A stretch of 64,000 nt of DNA from Vicinamibacterales bacterium (GCA_965220695.1 OZ244838.1:2530377-2594376), one strand, 5' to 3'; positions 46,401 to 55,762 are shown, counted from the first letter of the stretch. Notes: generated by a model not told the origin, from the letters alone. Translations and numbers: made by a program.

Positions 46401-46460
46401 AGCCCGACACAGGTCCTGCTGGCCAGGTTTATCAAACTCGGCGCGCAGTTCAATTTCTAG
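43455..46460 (+). CDS. Outer-membrane CarboxypepD_reg-domain / TonB-dependent-receptor-like protein
   Basis: ATG 43455 follows GGAGG. Signal peptide. GALPGVTVEV....TDGQGRYAVTLLRPGTYTVTFTLPGF (carboxypeptidase-regulatory-like fold). About 1000-aa beta-barrel with C-terminal ...GAQFNF. Confidence 0.75.
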   Translation: MKSRVFGVFGLSLLLLVPSAALAQDSGIAGGVNDSTGGALPGVTVEVASPVMIEGSRAAVTDGQGRYAVTLLRPGTYTVTFTLPGFSTVIREGIELQAAFTANVDVQLSVGAVEETVTVSGASPTIDIQRVQQRQVVTNEVIDALPMNKDWAQIGALTVGITPTTQDVGGARQGNHSYLSAHGSDARDGMRRMDGMAMGMLSCGYSCTVLLANDSNTEELSYEVGAISAEVSIGGVTVNIIPKEGGNVFSGDAFGNFSNSSMQGNNLSEELLASGLRKPDGIEDIWDTHLTLGGPILQDKLWFHGSYRYWGISLSPADTFHDVDPLDYVYEPDLTRPGFGELKIHSASLRLTYQANQRNKFSAYYNTQPKRSPMGNPTALRTPESQHDQRNPVNYHATTTWTNTLSSRILIEAGASVQTTTATTDPQVGAPPIHAARELTTGVRFRARGVHNRWNEVHRSYKGAVSYVTGSHSLKAGFTLDEGRWARGSQTFAPTDSELLLFNGSPVAIIAHATPYTVNVDLKADLGFYVQDTWTIDRMTLNLGVRWDYLRQDVPEQDTSAFANQPFGSNPPGTWAPSRHYDAIPKAANWTDLGPRLGVAYDVFGDGRTAIKGSVSRYLRVDTIGLSANLNPVNSSVNATTRSWRDTNGDFFPDENELGPFDNASFGQTIIRTTFDDDVRSGFGNRRNNWEYSIGIEQEILPRTSAEVSFWRRVQGNFSVVDNILVDPGDFDEYCVTAPVDPRLPDGGGNEICGLYDVSPDKFGQVQNEVILADQLGASMDQVFDGIDFSINSRVSGDLFFYGGVSVGRSRFNDCNARVDSPSVVPVAVQSGGAGSGGGWDVRDRDNPDLRLPVGHHCDVNPPFFQPTWKLSGAYTLPYDIQLAAFFQNLPGVPILGTWNVPNALIEPSLGRPLAGGARTATVELVEPGTLYADRITQMDLRVAKIISLGGARRLKVMLDAYNLFNGTGTTGINNRYGSRWQSPTQVLLARFIKLGAQFNF

Positions 46461-46558
46461 CGTTCGGCGGAGTCTGGTGTTCATCGTCGGCTCGCGTCCC
46501 CGAGGGGCGCGGGCCGGCGTGAGCTGATAAACGCGCAACACCGGAGGGAGCAACACCG

Positions 46559-47599
46559 ATGACAATTCGTTATCTCGCGTCTTGGCTCGGTGCGGTCATG
46601 GTCGTCGCATGGCTCGTGCCTGGGACCGCCGTCGCGCAGCAGGCAGCCCCGGAGGCCTGGAGTGCCCCGCGCACGGTTGATGGTCACCCGGATCTCCAGG
46701 GCGTTTGGGATTTCGGTACCATCACTCCGCTCGAGCGCCCCGCCGAGTTCGCCGGCAAGCAGGTGCTGACCGACGACGAGGCGGCAGCGTTCGAGCAGCA
46801 GGTCGCTGAGACTCGCGTCGACGCACCGCCGCCGTCCGGCAGCGTCGGTTCCTACAACCAGCTCTGGTTCGACCGCGGCACCCGGGTCGTGGAAGGCAAG
46901 CGCACGTCGCTGATCATCGATCCTCCCGATGGGAGACTGCCGACCCTTCAACCGGGTGTGCTGAGATACGTCAGCGCCGATCGTGCCGACAGCGAGAGCG
47001 TACCGGTCGCGTCGGACCCCGTCAGGATTCGGACCGGCGGGGTCGTGATACCGGGGGGACCCGAAGAGCGCGGGTTGGCCGAGCGCTGCCTGCTCGGATT
47101 CAACACCGGCCCGCCCGTCATTCCGAGCGCGTACAACAACAACATTCAGATCTTCCAGACCAACGACCATGTCGTCATCCTGCACGAGATGGTCCACGAC
47201 TTCCGGATCGTCAAGTTGAACGATGGTCGACGGCTCCCCGAGAACATTCGTCAGTGGATGGGTGGCCCTGAAGGGTACTGGGACGGGGACACGCTGGTGG
47301 TCGAGAGCCGGAACTTCACCGACAACACCGCCAGCTTGAACCCCGCTCCGGGCACCGCGCTGGGGTCCGGTCTGACCTTGCACCTCACCGAGCGGTTCAG
47401 TCGTGTGGGCGCCGACGCCCTGCTCTACGAGTTCACGGTCGACGACCCCGAGACGTTCACGCAGTCGATCACGGCGGCGATTGCCATGTCGAGGAACGAG
47501 AACACGCTGTTCGAGTACGCCTGTCACGAAGGCAACTACGGGTTGCTGAACTCGATGCGTGGCGCGCGCGAGGCCGAACAGAGGGAAGGGGTTGAATAG
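46559..47599 (+). CDS. Conserved secreted hypothetical protein (paralog of 56026..57093)
   Basis: Signal peptide. Motifs shared with the paralog: PDLQGVW, YNNN.QI.QT.DHVVI..EMVH..RI, GDTLVVE, FEYACHEGN. Confidence 0.6.
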   Translation: MTIRYLASWLGAVMVVAWLVPGTAVAQQAAPEAWSAPRTVDGHPDLQGVWDFGTITPLERPAEFAGKQVLTDDEAAAFEQQVAETRVDAPPPSGSVGSYNQLWFDRGTRVVEGKRTSLIIDPPDGRLPTLQPGVLRYVSADRADSESVPVASDPVRIRTGGVVIPGGPEERGLAERCLLGFNTGPPVIPSAYNNNIQIFQTNDHVVILHEMVHDFRIVKLNDGRRLPENIRQWMGGPEGYWDGDTLVVESRNFTDNTASLNPAPGTALGSGLTLHLTERFSRVGADALLYEFTVDDPETFTQSITAAIAMSRNENTLFEYACHEGNYGLLNSMRGAREAEQREGVE

Positions 47600-47643
47600 G
47601 AATCCGGACTCAGACTCCCGTCCCTGTGCAAGGAGCTGGCATC

Positions 47644-49242
47644 ATGCGTGAAGGCCTGCTTGCGATCGCCGTCGTGATGTGTCTGAGCGGGTGTTCGCGC
47701 TCCGACACCGTTGGCGACGCGCCCGGCATGGCCGGCGACCGTGCAGTCGTCACTGTCGCCGGCGGGCAGATCGCTGGTGCGCAGACCGACGGTACGGATG
47801 TACGGGTCTACAAGGGGATCCCGTTCGCGGCGCCGCCGGTCGGCGAGCTTCGTTGGCGACCACCGCAGCCGGTCGAGCCATGGGAGGGGGTCCGGGACGC
47901 GACGGCGTTTGGACCGGCCTGTCTGCAAACACTCCGTCCGGTCGATCACTTCTACGGCCAGATGGTCGACGAGATGGGAGAGGACTGTCTCTACCTGAAC
48001 GTCTGGACCGCGGCCCAGCCCGACGACCCCGCGCCGGTGATGGTCTGGATCCACGGTGGCGGACTGTCGAGTGGACACGGCGGCGAGGCAACCTACGACG
48101 GTACGGCACTGGCCGGGCGTGGCGTGGTTCTGGTCACCATCAACTATCGGCTCGGTCCCCTGGGGTATCTGGCACATCCGCTGTTGGCGGCCGAATCCGA
48201 GCACGAGGCGTCGGGCAACTACGGCACGCTCGACCAGGTCGCGGCCCTCGCCTGGGTTCGGGACAACGTTGCGATGTTCGGCGGCGATCCGGGGCGGGTG
48301 ACTATCTTCGGCGAGTCGGCCGGTTCCTGGAGCGTCAACCACATGATGGCGACACCGCTGGCCAAGGGACTGTTCCACCGGGCCATCGGGGAGAGCGGCG
48401 GCGGTTTCGGGTCGTTCGGGACGGCGTACTCGCGGTCGGAGATGGAGGCGGTGGGCACGCACTTCGCGTCGAGGCTACTGGGCGAAGATGTGTCGGCATC
48501 GCTCGAAGCGATGCGCTCGAAAAGCGGTGAAGCGGTGATGGCGGCGCGCGGAGAGGTCCGGTTTTCGCCGAACGTCGATGGCCGCGTGTTCCCCGATTCC
48601 ATCTACAACATCTTTGCGGCCGGCCAGCAGAACGACGTGCCGGTCATCGTCGGGTCCAACGCGGACGAAGGGAGCGGGAGAAACGAGCCGACGGCGCTCG
48701 CCGACTATCGCGCGGACGCGCACCGCACCTACGGTGGTCTCGCCGAGCAATACCTGGCGACCTATCCGGCCGAATCCGACGCGGCGGCGGTGATCGGCCG
48801 TATGGACACCTACACCGATCAGAGTTTTGGCTGGGAGATGCGAACCTGGGCCCGGATGATGGACACGGTGCCCTCGGACGCGTACTACTACTTTTTCAGC
48901 CGGGTCGCTCCGGGTCCGGCTGCCGAACGCAGCGGCGCGTTCCATGCGGCGGAGATCGTCTACGTCTTCGACAATCTCGGCAACAGTCCCTATCCCTATT
49001 CCAACCGGGACTACGACGAGACCGACCGCCATCTCTCAGACGTTATTGCCTCGTATTGGGTCAACTTCGCCACGACCGGCGATCCCAACGGCGAGGGCCT
49101 GCCGGTCTGGCCCGCCTACACGCGGGACGCCGATGAAGCGTTGGAGTTCGGCGACACTGTAGCGGTCCGCCGCGGCATCCGGAGAGATCGCCTGGACTTC
49201 ATGGACGCGTACTACGCGGCGCAGCGCGGTGAGACCAACTGA
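47644..49242 (+). CDS. Carboxylesterase type B lipoprotein
   Basis: Track ORF 47626..49242. ATG 47644. Lipobox MCLSGCS. EDCLYLNVW, GESAGS nucleophile elbow. Confidence 0.85.
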   Translation: MREGLLAIAVVMCLSGCSRSDTVGDAPGMAGDRAVVTVAGGQIAGAQTDGTDVRVYKGIPFAAPPVGELRWRPPQPVEPWEGVRDATAFGPACLQTLRPVDHFYGQMVDEMGEDCLYLNVWTAAQPDDPAPVMVWIHGGGLSSGHGGEATYDGTALAGRGVVLVTINYRLGPLGYLAHPLLAAESEHEASGNYGTLDQVAALAWVRDNVAMFGGDPGRVTIFGESAGSWSVNHMMATPLAKGLFHRAIGESGGGFGSFGTAYSRSEMEAVGTHFASRLLGEDVSASLEAMRSKSGEAVMAARGEVRFSPNVDGRVFPDSIYNIFAAGQQNDVPVIVGSNADEGSGRNEPTALADYRADAHRTYGGLAEQYLATYPAESDAAAVIGRMDTYTDQSFGWEMRTWARMMDTVPSDAYYYFFSRVAPGPAAERSGAFHAAEIVYVFDNLGNSPYPYSNRDYDETDRHLSDVIASYWVNFATTGDPNGEGLPVWPAYTRDADEALEFGDTVAVRRGIRRDRLDFMDAYYAAQRGETN

Positions 49243-49380
49243 ACCGGACATGACGCGACGTCGGTGGCGGATTCGAGTCAGGCAGGCGGCGAGTCGTAGA
49301 ACAGATGTAGGATGAGGCTGAGGACTAGGCGACCATGCGCGCGGCTGGGGAAACCCCGTGAGGGCTCACGGAGGACACCG

Positions 49381-50868
49381 ATGAAGCGAAGAGAGATCGT
49401 GGCGACCGTTGTCGTGATGGGTCTGTCGTTGGCCGCGGCACACCAGGCGGGCGCGGCCGCGGAAACACCCACATACAACGCGGACGTCGGGCCGATTCTG
49501 CTCGACAACTGCGCCAACTGCCATAGGCCGAACCAGGTTGCGCCGATGACGCTGCTGTCCTACAAGGATGCCCGACCGTGGGCCCGGGCGATCAAGGCCA
49601 AGGTCGCGGCGCGTGAAATGCCGCCGTGGTTTGCGGACCCGCGCTTCGGGACGTTCTCGAACGACATCAGCCTGAGTGACGATGAGATAGCCACGATTGT
49701 CGCCTGGGCTGACGGAGGCGCACCCGAGGGCGACGGCCCAGCGCCGGAGCCGCCCCAGTTCTCAGAGGCCGGCTGGAGCCACCCCTCGGGGCTGGACCCG
49801 GATTTCGTGATCGATTTCCCGATCGAGTGGCACGTCGCTCCGGACGGCGAGACACCGAACTTCAACCTCTACACGGCGCTGCCGTTTGACGACGTCAGGC
49901 TGGCGTCGGCGGCGCAGGTGCTTCCGGGCAACTTCGCCGCGACGCACCACATCACGACCGCCCTCGTCAACATGCCGCCGGGGATGAAGCTCGGCACCGG
50001 TCCGGCCTGGCCGGGTGGGCCCGTGGTCGATTACGTGCCGGTCCCCGACGAGAATGCCGACGCAGAGGCGGTGGCCGCGGCGGCGGCCGCGCTGGGTGTG
50101 AACCGGAACGAGAGGGGCGAGGATGTCGACCGGGCCCGCGGTGAAGGATTTGGTCCGTATATTCCGGGTGTGGGTGCCGATGTATCGCGCCCGGGTCAGG
50201 CTCGGAAGATTCGCGGGGATCTTTTCGACTACGTCGTGTGGAACCTGCACTATCAGGCGACCGGCAAGCCTGAAACGGCACGGCCGTCGATCGCGGCCTG
50301 GTGGGCCACCGAGGAGGCAACCAGTCTCGAGCGCAGCCTCAAGCTGCGCGAGCACACGTCCGAAGGCCGGCAACTGGTGGCCGAGCCGCCGCTTTCACGC
50401 GAGGAGCAACTGGCGCTGGCCAGGACTCGCCAGATCGGCCAGGGGCTGAGCCCGCTGCTTGATCCGATTCCGCCGCATCACGGGAATTGGACGGTCACCG
50501 GTATCGGCGCGTTTCAGAACGATGCCACGATCCATGCCCTGTTCATTCACGCGCATCTGCGCGCCAAGGACTTCACGTATGTGCTGACCTACCCGGACGG
50601 TCGCGAGAAGATTCTCCTGCGGGTGCCGAATTACAGCTTCGATTGGCAGTTCGAGTATCAGCTCACAGAACCAGTCAAAGTGCCGGCCGGCAGCACGGTC
50701 AAAGCGGTCGCTCGCTACGACAACTCGCGGGCAAACCGGTTGAACCCGGCGCCGCAGAAAGAAGTGTACTGGTCGGAACAAAGCTGGGACGACATGTTCA
50801 ATGTCAGCGTTCGGTACACGTTGGACGGAGAGATCCTGGCGGCGGACGGCACTCAGGGCCAGAACTGA
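49381..50868 (+). CDS. Secreted c-type-heme-motif protein with PHM/copper-monooxygenase-like C-terminal region
   Basis: ATG 49381 follows GGAGG. Signal peptide. CANCH heme-binding motif in a PSCyt1-like context (VGPILLDNCANCHRP). HAHLRAKDF and FDWQFEYQ resemble the copper type II monooxygenase fold. The domain call is tentative. Confidence 0.45.
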   Translation: MKRREIVATVVVMGLSLAAAHQAGAAAETPTYNADVGPILLDNCANCHRPNQVAPMTLLSYKDARPWARAIKAKVAAREMPPWFADPRFGTFSNDISLSDDEIATIVAWADGGAPEGDGPAPEPPQFSEAGWSHPSGLDPDFVIDFPIEWHVAPDGETPNFNLYTALPFDDVRLASAAQVLPGNFAATHHITTALVNMPPGMKLGTGPAWPGGPVVDYVPVPDENADAEAVAAAAAALGVNRNERGEDVDRARGEGFGPYIPGVGADVSRPGQARKIRGDLFDYVVWNLHYQATGKPETARPSIAAWWATEEATSLERSLKLREHTSEGRQLVAEPPLSREEQLALARTRQIGQGLSPLLDPIPPHHGNWTVTGIGAFQNDATIHALFIHAHLRAKDFTYVLTYPDGREKILLRVPNYSFDWQFEYQLTEPVKVPAGSTVKAVARYDNSRANRLNPAPQKEVYWSEQSWDDMFNVSVRYTLDGEILAADGTQGQN

Positions 50869-50966
50869 CCCACCGCGTGGTGAATCGCCTCCTCCTCCTC
50901 CTCGAGTTCCTGGAGAGGTTGCGCTGGCAGTCCGGTCAGGCGCGGAATCACTCGAACGAGTCTTCG

Positions 50967-52430
50967 TCAATCGAGGGTAATTACGCCGACAGTCCCCTCG
51001 ATGTCGATGGTCGTGCCGAACTCCCGTGACAGGCGCTGCATCCGCTCGAGAATCTCTCGTGCCTTGTCCGGTTGCGCAATGCGAGGAATGCCGAGCCTGG
51101 AGTCCGGTCCATCTGCGCCCAACTCGGTAGGGTATAGCCGCACCTCGGTCAGTTCGCCGTCTGCGTAGCGGCTGACTGCCACCAGGCTCTCCAGCGATTG
51201 AGTCGACCCTCCGAAATTCCTCGCGAAATTCTGTCGTGGCGATTGTTGATTTGCGTTTGTTTGTCCCAACTGCTCGGGGAGGTTCCACTGCGCCTCGCGG
51301 AAGAACTCACCGAGGCCGTAGAAGATGGGCTTGCCCTTGTAGATTTCGACCCCGCGCAGCAACTGCACGCCGTGACCGACGAAGGCATCGGCGCCGACGT
51401 CGATGGCCTGGTGGGCCAGGTCCTTGTAGAACTCCGGCGGCCTGGTGCTGAGATGCATCTGCTCGAGGACCGATTGGCCCTGGTGGATATGCGCCGTTGC
51501 GACCACGAAATCGGCGTACCGCTTGGCATTGCGGATGCTTCTCAGGGTGCGCGAGAGATCGTTCGGATTGATGGTGTAGTCGATGGTGCCAGGAGTCTCG
51601 CCGGGTCGTGCGGCACGATACGTCGGATCTTCCCTGCCGGAACTGGAGGCGGGAAACCGCACTCTGTCAGACGGCTCGTTGGTCGGCAGGGGCCGTGGAT
51701 TGTCGTAGTTCGACCTGAACTCCAGAAACTGGTCACGCACCTGTTTCAGTGACGCCAACTGTTCTTCCGAGACGACGAGGGTCTCGGAATAGTTGAGCAT
51801 GTTCAGCCCCGGACGCCCGCCCAGGTTGCCTACCTGCGGCGTCGCCGCCAGGCGCCGGAACTCCCGCCAGAGCGGTGCATGCATACCCACCATGGCTACC
51901 CGACCCTGTGGCAATTCCAGGTATGCGGGCGCCGCCGCTTCATCCAGGTTCCTGCCGGTTCCGGCATGGACGATGCCGGCTTCGTCCAGCAGGACATTCG
52001 TGGAGAACATCCCCGCTGCCTCGGCATCGAACAGGTGGTTCTGGGCACGGTTCACCATGTCGAATCCTATCGCCTTCAAGTCGGCGGCAACTCGATGGCT
52101 GCCGATGAAGCCGTTCAAGGGCCCGTCGAAATCCCGCAGATTGGCGAGTTCTCCTTCCATGTTTCCCACCGCGAGATCAGCTTCGCGAATGAGTTGCAGC
52201 GCCGCCTGCACGGCATCGTCCGCCAACTGGGAGGCTGGACGCCGCATCATCAGGTCGCCGACGCTGGCGAGCTCGAAATTCCCCGGAATCGTCATAGCCA
52301 TGTCCCGTGGATTGAGTGGTGGCAACTGCGTTTGGGCTACGACAGAGAGAGAACACACTATCAGTCCCGCCAGCAGGCCGAGTCGTAACACCGCTGGGCG
52401 TAGAATCCGGGTAACACAAACTACCAGCAT
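50967..52430 (-). CDS. CapA-family (PGA_cap metallophosphatase-like) protein
   Basis: ATG follows AGGAGG. Signal/anchor. VGNMEG, ATAHIHQG, VGHGVQLLRGVEIYKGKPIFYGLGEFF resemble CapA motifs. Confidence 0.6.
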   Translation of the reverse strand: MLVVCVTRILRPAVLRLGLLAGLIVCSLSVVAQTQLPPLNPRDMAMTIPGNFELASVGDLMMRRPASQLADDAVQAALQLIREADLAVGNMEGELANLRDFDGPLNGFIGSHRVAADLKAIGFDMVNRAQNHLFDAEAAGMFSTNVLLDEAGIVHAGTGRNLDEAAAPAYLELPQGRVAMVGMHAPLWREFRRLAATPQVGNLGGRPGLNMLNYSETLVVSEEQLASLKQVRDQFLEFRSNYDNPRPLPTNEPSDRVRFPASSSGREDPTYRAARPGETPGTIDYTINPNDLSRTLRSIRNAKRYADFVVATAHIHQGQSVLEQMHLSTRPPEFYKDLAHQAIDVGADAFVGHGVQLLRGVEIYKGKPIFYGLGEFFREAQWNLPEQLGQTNANQQSPRQNFARNFGGSTQSLESLVAVSRYADGELTEVRLYPTELGADGPDSRLGIPRIAQPDKAREILERMQRLSREFGTTIDIEGTVGVITLD

Positions 52431-52577
52431 GATTCCTCCTCTGGTGCGGCCGGCCGACGCCCTTCAGATGCCGCAAGTGCAACTCCAGATAGACACGGCA
52501 GACCTGCACGACCCGCGGCAGACGTCACCACTGCGCTGATCGAGCAGAAAACCCGGTCGTGGCCCGGGCGCCACGCG

Positions 52578-53465
52578 CTACCCGCTGAGGTGCTCCCGGA
52601 AGAAGCCGACGGTGAGGTTCCAGGCCTGCGCGGCGGCCGCCTCGTTGAAGCGCGGCGTCGAGTTGTTGTGGAAACCGTGCAGCGTGCCCTCGAACATGCG
52701 CATCTCGTAGGTCGCGCCGTTCGCCTGCAGCGCCGCCTCGTAGGCGGGCCACATCGCGTTGATGCGCCGATCGGTGCCCGCATAGATGATCAGCATGGCG
52801 GCTTCGATCTGCGGCACATCCTCGGTCGCGGCGGCGGCGCCGTAGAACGGCACGCCGGCATCGAGGTCCGCACCCAGCGCGACGGCGAGGCGATTGGTCA
52901 TGCCGCCGCCCCAGCAGAACCCCGTGGCGCCGAGCCGCCCGTTGGACAACGCATGGGCCTTGAGATACCGGGCGCTGTTGATCATGTCCTGGTCCAGTTG
53001 ATCCGGCTCGAGGCTGCGCTGCAGGACGCGGCCGTCATCGTCGTTGCCGGGATAACCGCCGACCGGAGACAACCCGTCCGGGGCCAGCGCCAGGAACCCG
53101 GCCACCCCCGCGCGCCGGGCGACATCCTCGATGTGCGGGTTCAGCCCGCGGTTCTCGTGCATGACCAACACCGCCGGAAACGGTCCCTCGCCGGCAGGTT
53201 GCACGAGATACCCGCGCATCGTCCCCGACGTACCGCCGGGCGAGGGGTACTCGACGTAGGCGCCCTTCATCCGCGAATCGGTGAAGGAGATCTGCTGCGC
53301 CTCGGCATAGCGGGGCATCAGGGCCTGCGCCATCCAGAGCGCGGACACGCCGCCGATCGTCATGGCCGCCGCACGGCTGAGAAACTCGCGCCGGTCGATG
53401 TGGCCGTGGCAATACTCGTCGTAGAGATCGAACACCCGCGGGTCGATTTTCTGTGGGTCTGTCAT
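52578..53465 (-). CDS. Tat-exported dienelactone hydrolase
   Basis: Track ORF 52578..53606. ATG 53465 follows GGAG. DRREFLSRAAAMTIGG Tat leader. VLVMHENRGLNPHIEDV, GFCWGG nucleophile motif. Confidence 0.8.
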   Translation of the reverse strand: MTDPQKIDPRVFDLYDEYCHGHIDRREFLSRAAAMTIGGVSALWMAQALMPRYAEAQQISFTDSRMKGAYVEYPSPGGTSGTMRGYLVQPAGEGPFPAVLVMHENRGLNPHIEDVARRAGVAGFLALAPDGLSPVGGYPGNDDDGRVLQRSLEPDQLDQDMINSARYLKAHALSNGRLGATGFCWGGGMTNRLAVALGADLDAGVPFYGAAAATEDVPQIEAAMLIIYAGTDRRINAMWPAYEAALQANGATYEMRMFEGTLHGFHNNSTPRFNEAAAAQAWNLTVGFFREHLSG

Positions 53466-53710
53466 CGGTTGCGCTCCTCTCGATGGGCACACCACCCGGC
53501 ATGCCGTACCGCACCCCGGTTCCGGGCACCCGGCTCGAGGCGCCTCGATACACGCCTCGTTGACCGGCTCGCTGGTTCCGGACGCTCTGCGCGCCGGCCC
53601 GGCCATTCCCCCTGTGTCAGGCTACCGGGATTCTACCCAATCACCGCGGGAGCGTGGTCGGTTTTCTCATCCTGTCCGCGAGCGTCCCGTGTCGGCGCCC
53701 GTCTACGGTC

Positions 53711-53990
53711 GCGGCAATCGGGCAACCACAAGGGTTGCCCCTACGGTGCCATTGCGGGCCACGGCGGGCGCGGCAACCGGGCAACCACAAGGGTTGCCCC
53801 TACGGTGCCATTGCGGGCCACGACGGGCGCGGCAATCGGGCAACCACAAGGGCTGCCCCTACAGTGTCATTGCGGGCCGCGTCGGGCGCGGCAATCGGGC
53901 AACCACAAGGGCTGCCCCTACAGTGTCATTGCGGGCCGCGTCGGGCGCGGCAATCGGGCAACCACAAGGGTTGCCCCTACGGTGCCACGC
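53711..53990 (-). repeat. Tandem array of ~5 x 59-bp units containing the same REP hairpin core in inverted orientation
   Basis: Unit gcggcaatcGGGCAACCacaagGGTTGCCCctacggtgccattgcgggccacggcgggc, starting at 53711, 53770, 53829, 53888 and 53947. The core is the reverse complement of the 15861 unit core. Confidence 0.9.
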
Positions 53991-54010
53991 GGGGCTCTTG
54001 CCGCGGGCCG

Positions 54011-55093
54011 CTAGAACCGGTAGCGGGCCACCGCCGCTTCGTCCCAGTCCATGCCGAGCCCCGGACCACGAGCGGTGACGTGGCCGTCTGCAACCCGCGG
54101 CGGGTCGGCGAGCACGGCGCCGGCCAGGTCCAGGAATTCGAGATAGTGCGCCAGGGGCGTCACCGGCAGGACGTGGGCGCTGGCCTCGATGAACAGGTGG
54201 CTGGACACCGGCACGGCGGCCGCCGCGGCCTGGCCCATGGCGCGCAGCCAGCCGGTCACGCCGCCGATCTTCATCAGGTCCGGCATGCAGACATCGCACG
54301 CGCCGGCGGCCAACGCGTGAGCCATGTCGTGACCGAACCACCAGTTCTCACCGGTCTGAATCGGCACCGGTGACGCCGCGCGGACGCGGGCATGTCCGGC
54401 CAGATCTTCGGCGGGCACCGGCTCTTCGACCCACGCGAGGTCGAAGCGGGCCAGCGCCTCGATGCGGCGCAGCGCCTCGGGCGCCGTCAACGACTGGTTG
54501 TAATCGACCATCAGCCGCACGTCCGGACCGATCACCGCGCGGACGGCGGCCACGTTCTTCAGATCCCAGGCCAGATCTCCGACCCCGATCTTGATCTTGA
54601 TCGCGCGGAAGCCCTGTTCGACGCTGTCTTCCAACGCCCTGGCGTCCTTGACCGCATCGACCACGCCGAAGCTGTCGTAGGCGGGTACCGGCGCCGCCTG
54701 CCCGCCGAGCAGTTCGACCACCGGCCGATTCCGGGCGCGGCCCTGCATGTCCCACAGCGCCATGTCGAGCCCGGCCAGCGCCATGCCGACCAGACCCTGG
54801 CGACCCATCAGGCGGAAGCGCGCGGCCAGCTCGTCGTACATCGCAGCCGGAGATGCCGGACGGCCGCGCACGACCGCGTCCAGGTCGTCGAGCAGCACCT
54901 GCAAGGCCCGCAACGTGAGAGTGGTGTAGCCGAAGATGTAGGCCCGCCCGGCCGGACCTTCCTCCGATGCAAGGTCGATCAGCAGCAGGGGCGACACCGG
55001 GATCTCCCCGGACGCCGTCCGCAACGGTCGGGCCAGCGGCGCCGCAACCGCCCGCGCCGTCAACGCGCGGATGGTCAACGCAGAGTCGAACAT
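54011..55093 (-). CDS. Enolase-superfamily enzyme (mandelate racemase/muconate lactonizing family)
   Basis: Track ORF 54011..55123. ATG 55093 follows GGAG. KIKIG, MVDYNQ, VEEP, Q.GE metal-ligand-type motifs. Confidence 0.8.
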   Translation of the reverse strand: MFDSALTIRALTARAVAAPLARPLRTASGEIPVSPLLLIDLASEEGPAGRAYIFGYTTLTLRALQVLLDDLDAVVRGRPASPAAMYDELAARFRLMGRQGLVGMALAGLDMALWDMQGRARNRPVVELLGGQAAPVPAYDSFGVVDAVKDARALEDSVEQGFRAIKIKIGVGDLAWDLKNVAAVRAVIGPDVRLMVDYNQSLTAPEALRRIEALARFDLAWVEEPVPAEDLAGHARVRAASPVPIQTGENWWFGHDMAHALAAGACDVCMPDLMKIGGVTGWLRAMGQAAAAAVPVSSHLFIEASAHVLPVTPLAHYLEFLDLAGAVLADPPRVADGHVTARGPGLGMDWDEAAVARYRF

Positions 55094-55139
55094 GGCAGTC
55101 TCCACAAAAGACATCGGGAGCAATTCGCAGCCGCGCCGC

Positions 55140-55565
55140 TCAGAGCGAACCTCGCCGCACCACCCACTCCATGGGCTGGCTCGTGACGACCGAGATAGCG
55201 TCGAAGTCTGCGTCGTAGTGGAGTACCGTCATGCCCGCCGCCTCGGCGGCGGCCGCAACGATCAGGTCCGGTATCGGCAGGCGGTGCCGCCCTCGGCCGG
55301 CAAGCATTCCCTGGACATCGATCGCCCGCCGGAAGATCGCCTCCGTCAATGCGACGCGCCGATACGCGAGTTCCCTCCTGGCACGAGTGCGCGCGTGCTC
55401 ATCCTGATTGCGGGTCGAGTAGAGCACCTCGAGATCGATGATCGCGCACGTCGCTGCCTCACCCGCTTTGATGATGGGCCCGACCCGCGCCTGGACGCGC
55501 GAATGCTGCATGCGGGCCAGCGCACTCTTGTCAACCAGATACGGTGGACCGGTCAGGAACGCCAC
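55140..55565 (-). CDS. vapC: PIN-domain toxin VapC
   Basis: 141 aa. YLVDKSAL..., IIDLEVL, PDLIVAAAAE, HYDADFD. Confidence 0.8.
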   Translation of the reverse strand: MAFLTGPPYLVDKSALARMQHSRVQARVGPIIKAGEAATCAIIDLEVLYSTRNQDEHARTRARRELAYRRVALTEAIFRRAIDVQGMLAGRGRHRLPIPDLIVAAAAEAAGMTVLHYDADFDAISVVTSQPMEWVVRRGSL

Positions 55566-55762
55566 GCTTTCGTCATGATGTTCTCGTTGGCGAGGTCGAG
55601 CCCGTCCATGTCCTCGAGCGCCCGGATCTCCTGACGGCGCGCTTCTCCGCGCACGACTTCACGCAACGCACCGTCGATCGTGTCCTTGATCGACGACGTC
55701 CCGAGCAGATGCCGCACCTGCTCGATGAGGTGATCGTCGATATCGACGCTGGTCTTTCTCAT
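55553..55762 (-). CDS. vapB: VapB-type antitoxin (Rv0623/PSK-like)
   Basis: Track ORF 55553..55813. The internal ATG gives MRKTSVDIDDHLIEQVRHLLGTSSIKDTIDGALREV. Overlaps the vapC start. Confidence 0.75.
   Translation of the reverse strand: MRKTSVDIDDHLIEQVRHLLGTSSIKDTIDGALREVVRGEARRQEIRALEDMDGLDLANENIMTKAWRS

Noticed and set aside
53711-53990. Possible CRISPR array (59-bp period)
   Set aside because: The inter-hairpin segments are themselves repeated almost identically in every unit, so there are no spacers. No leader or cas genes were seen.
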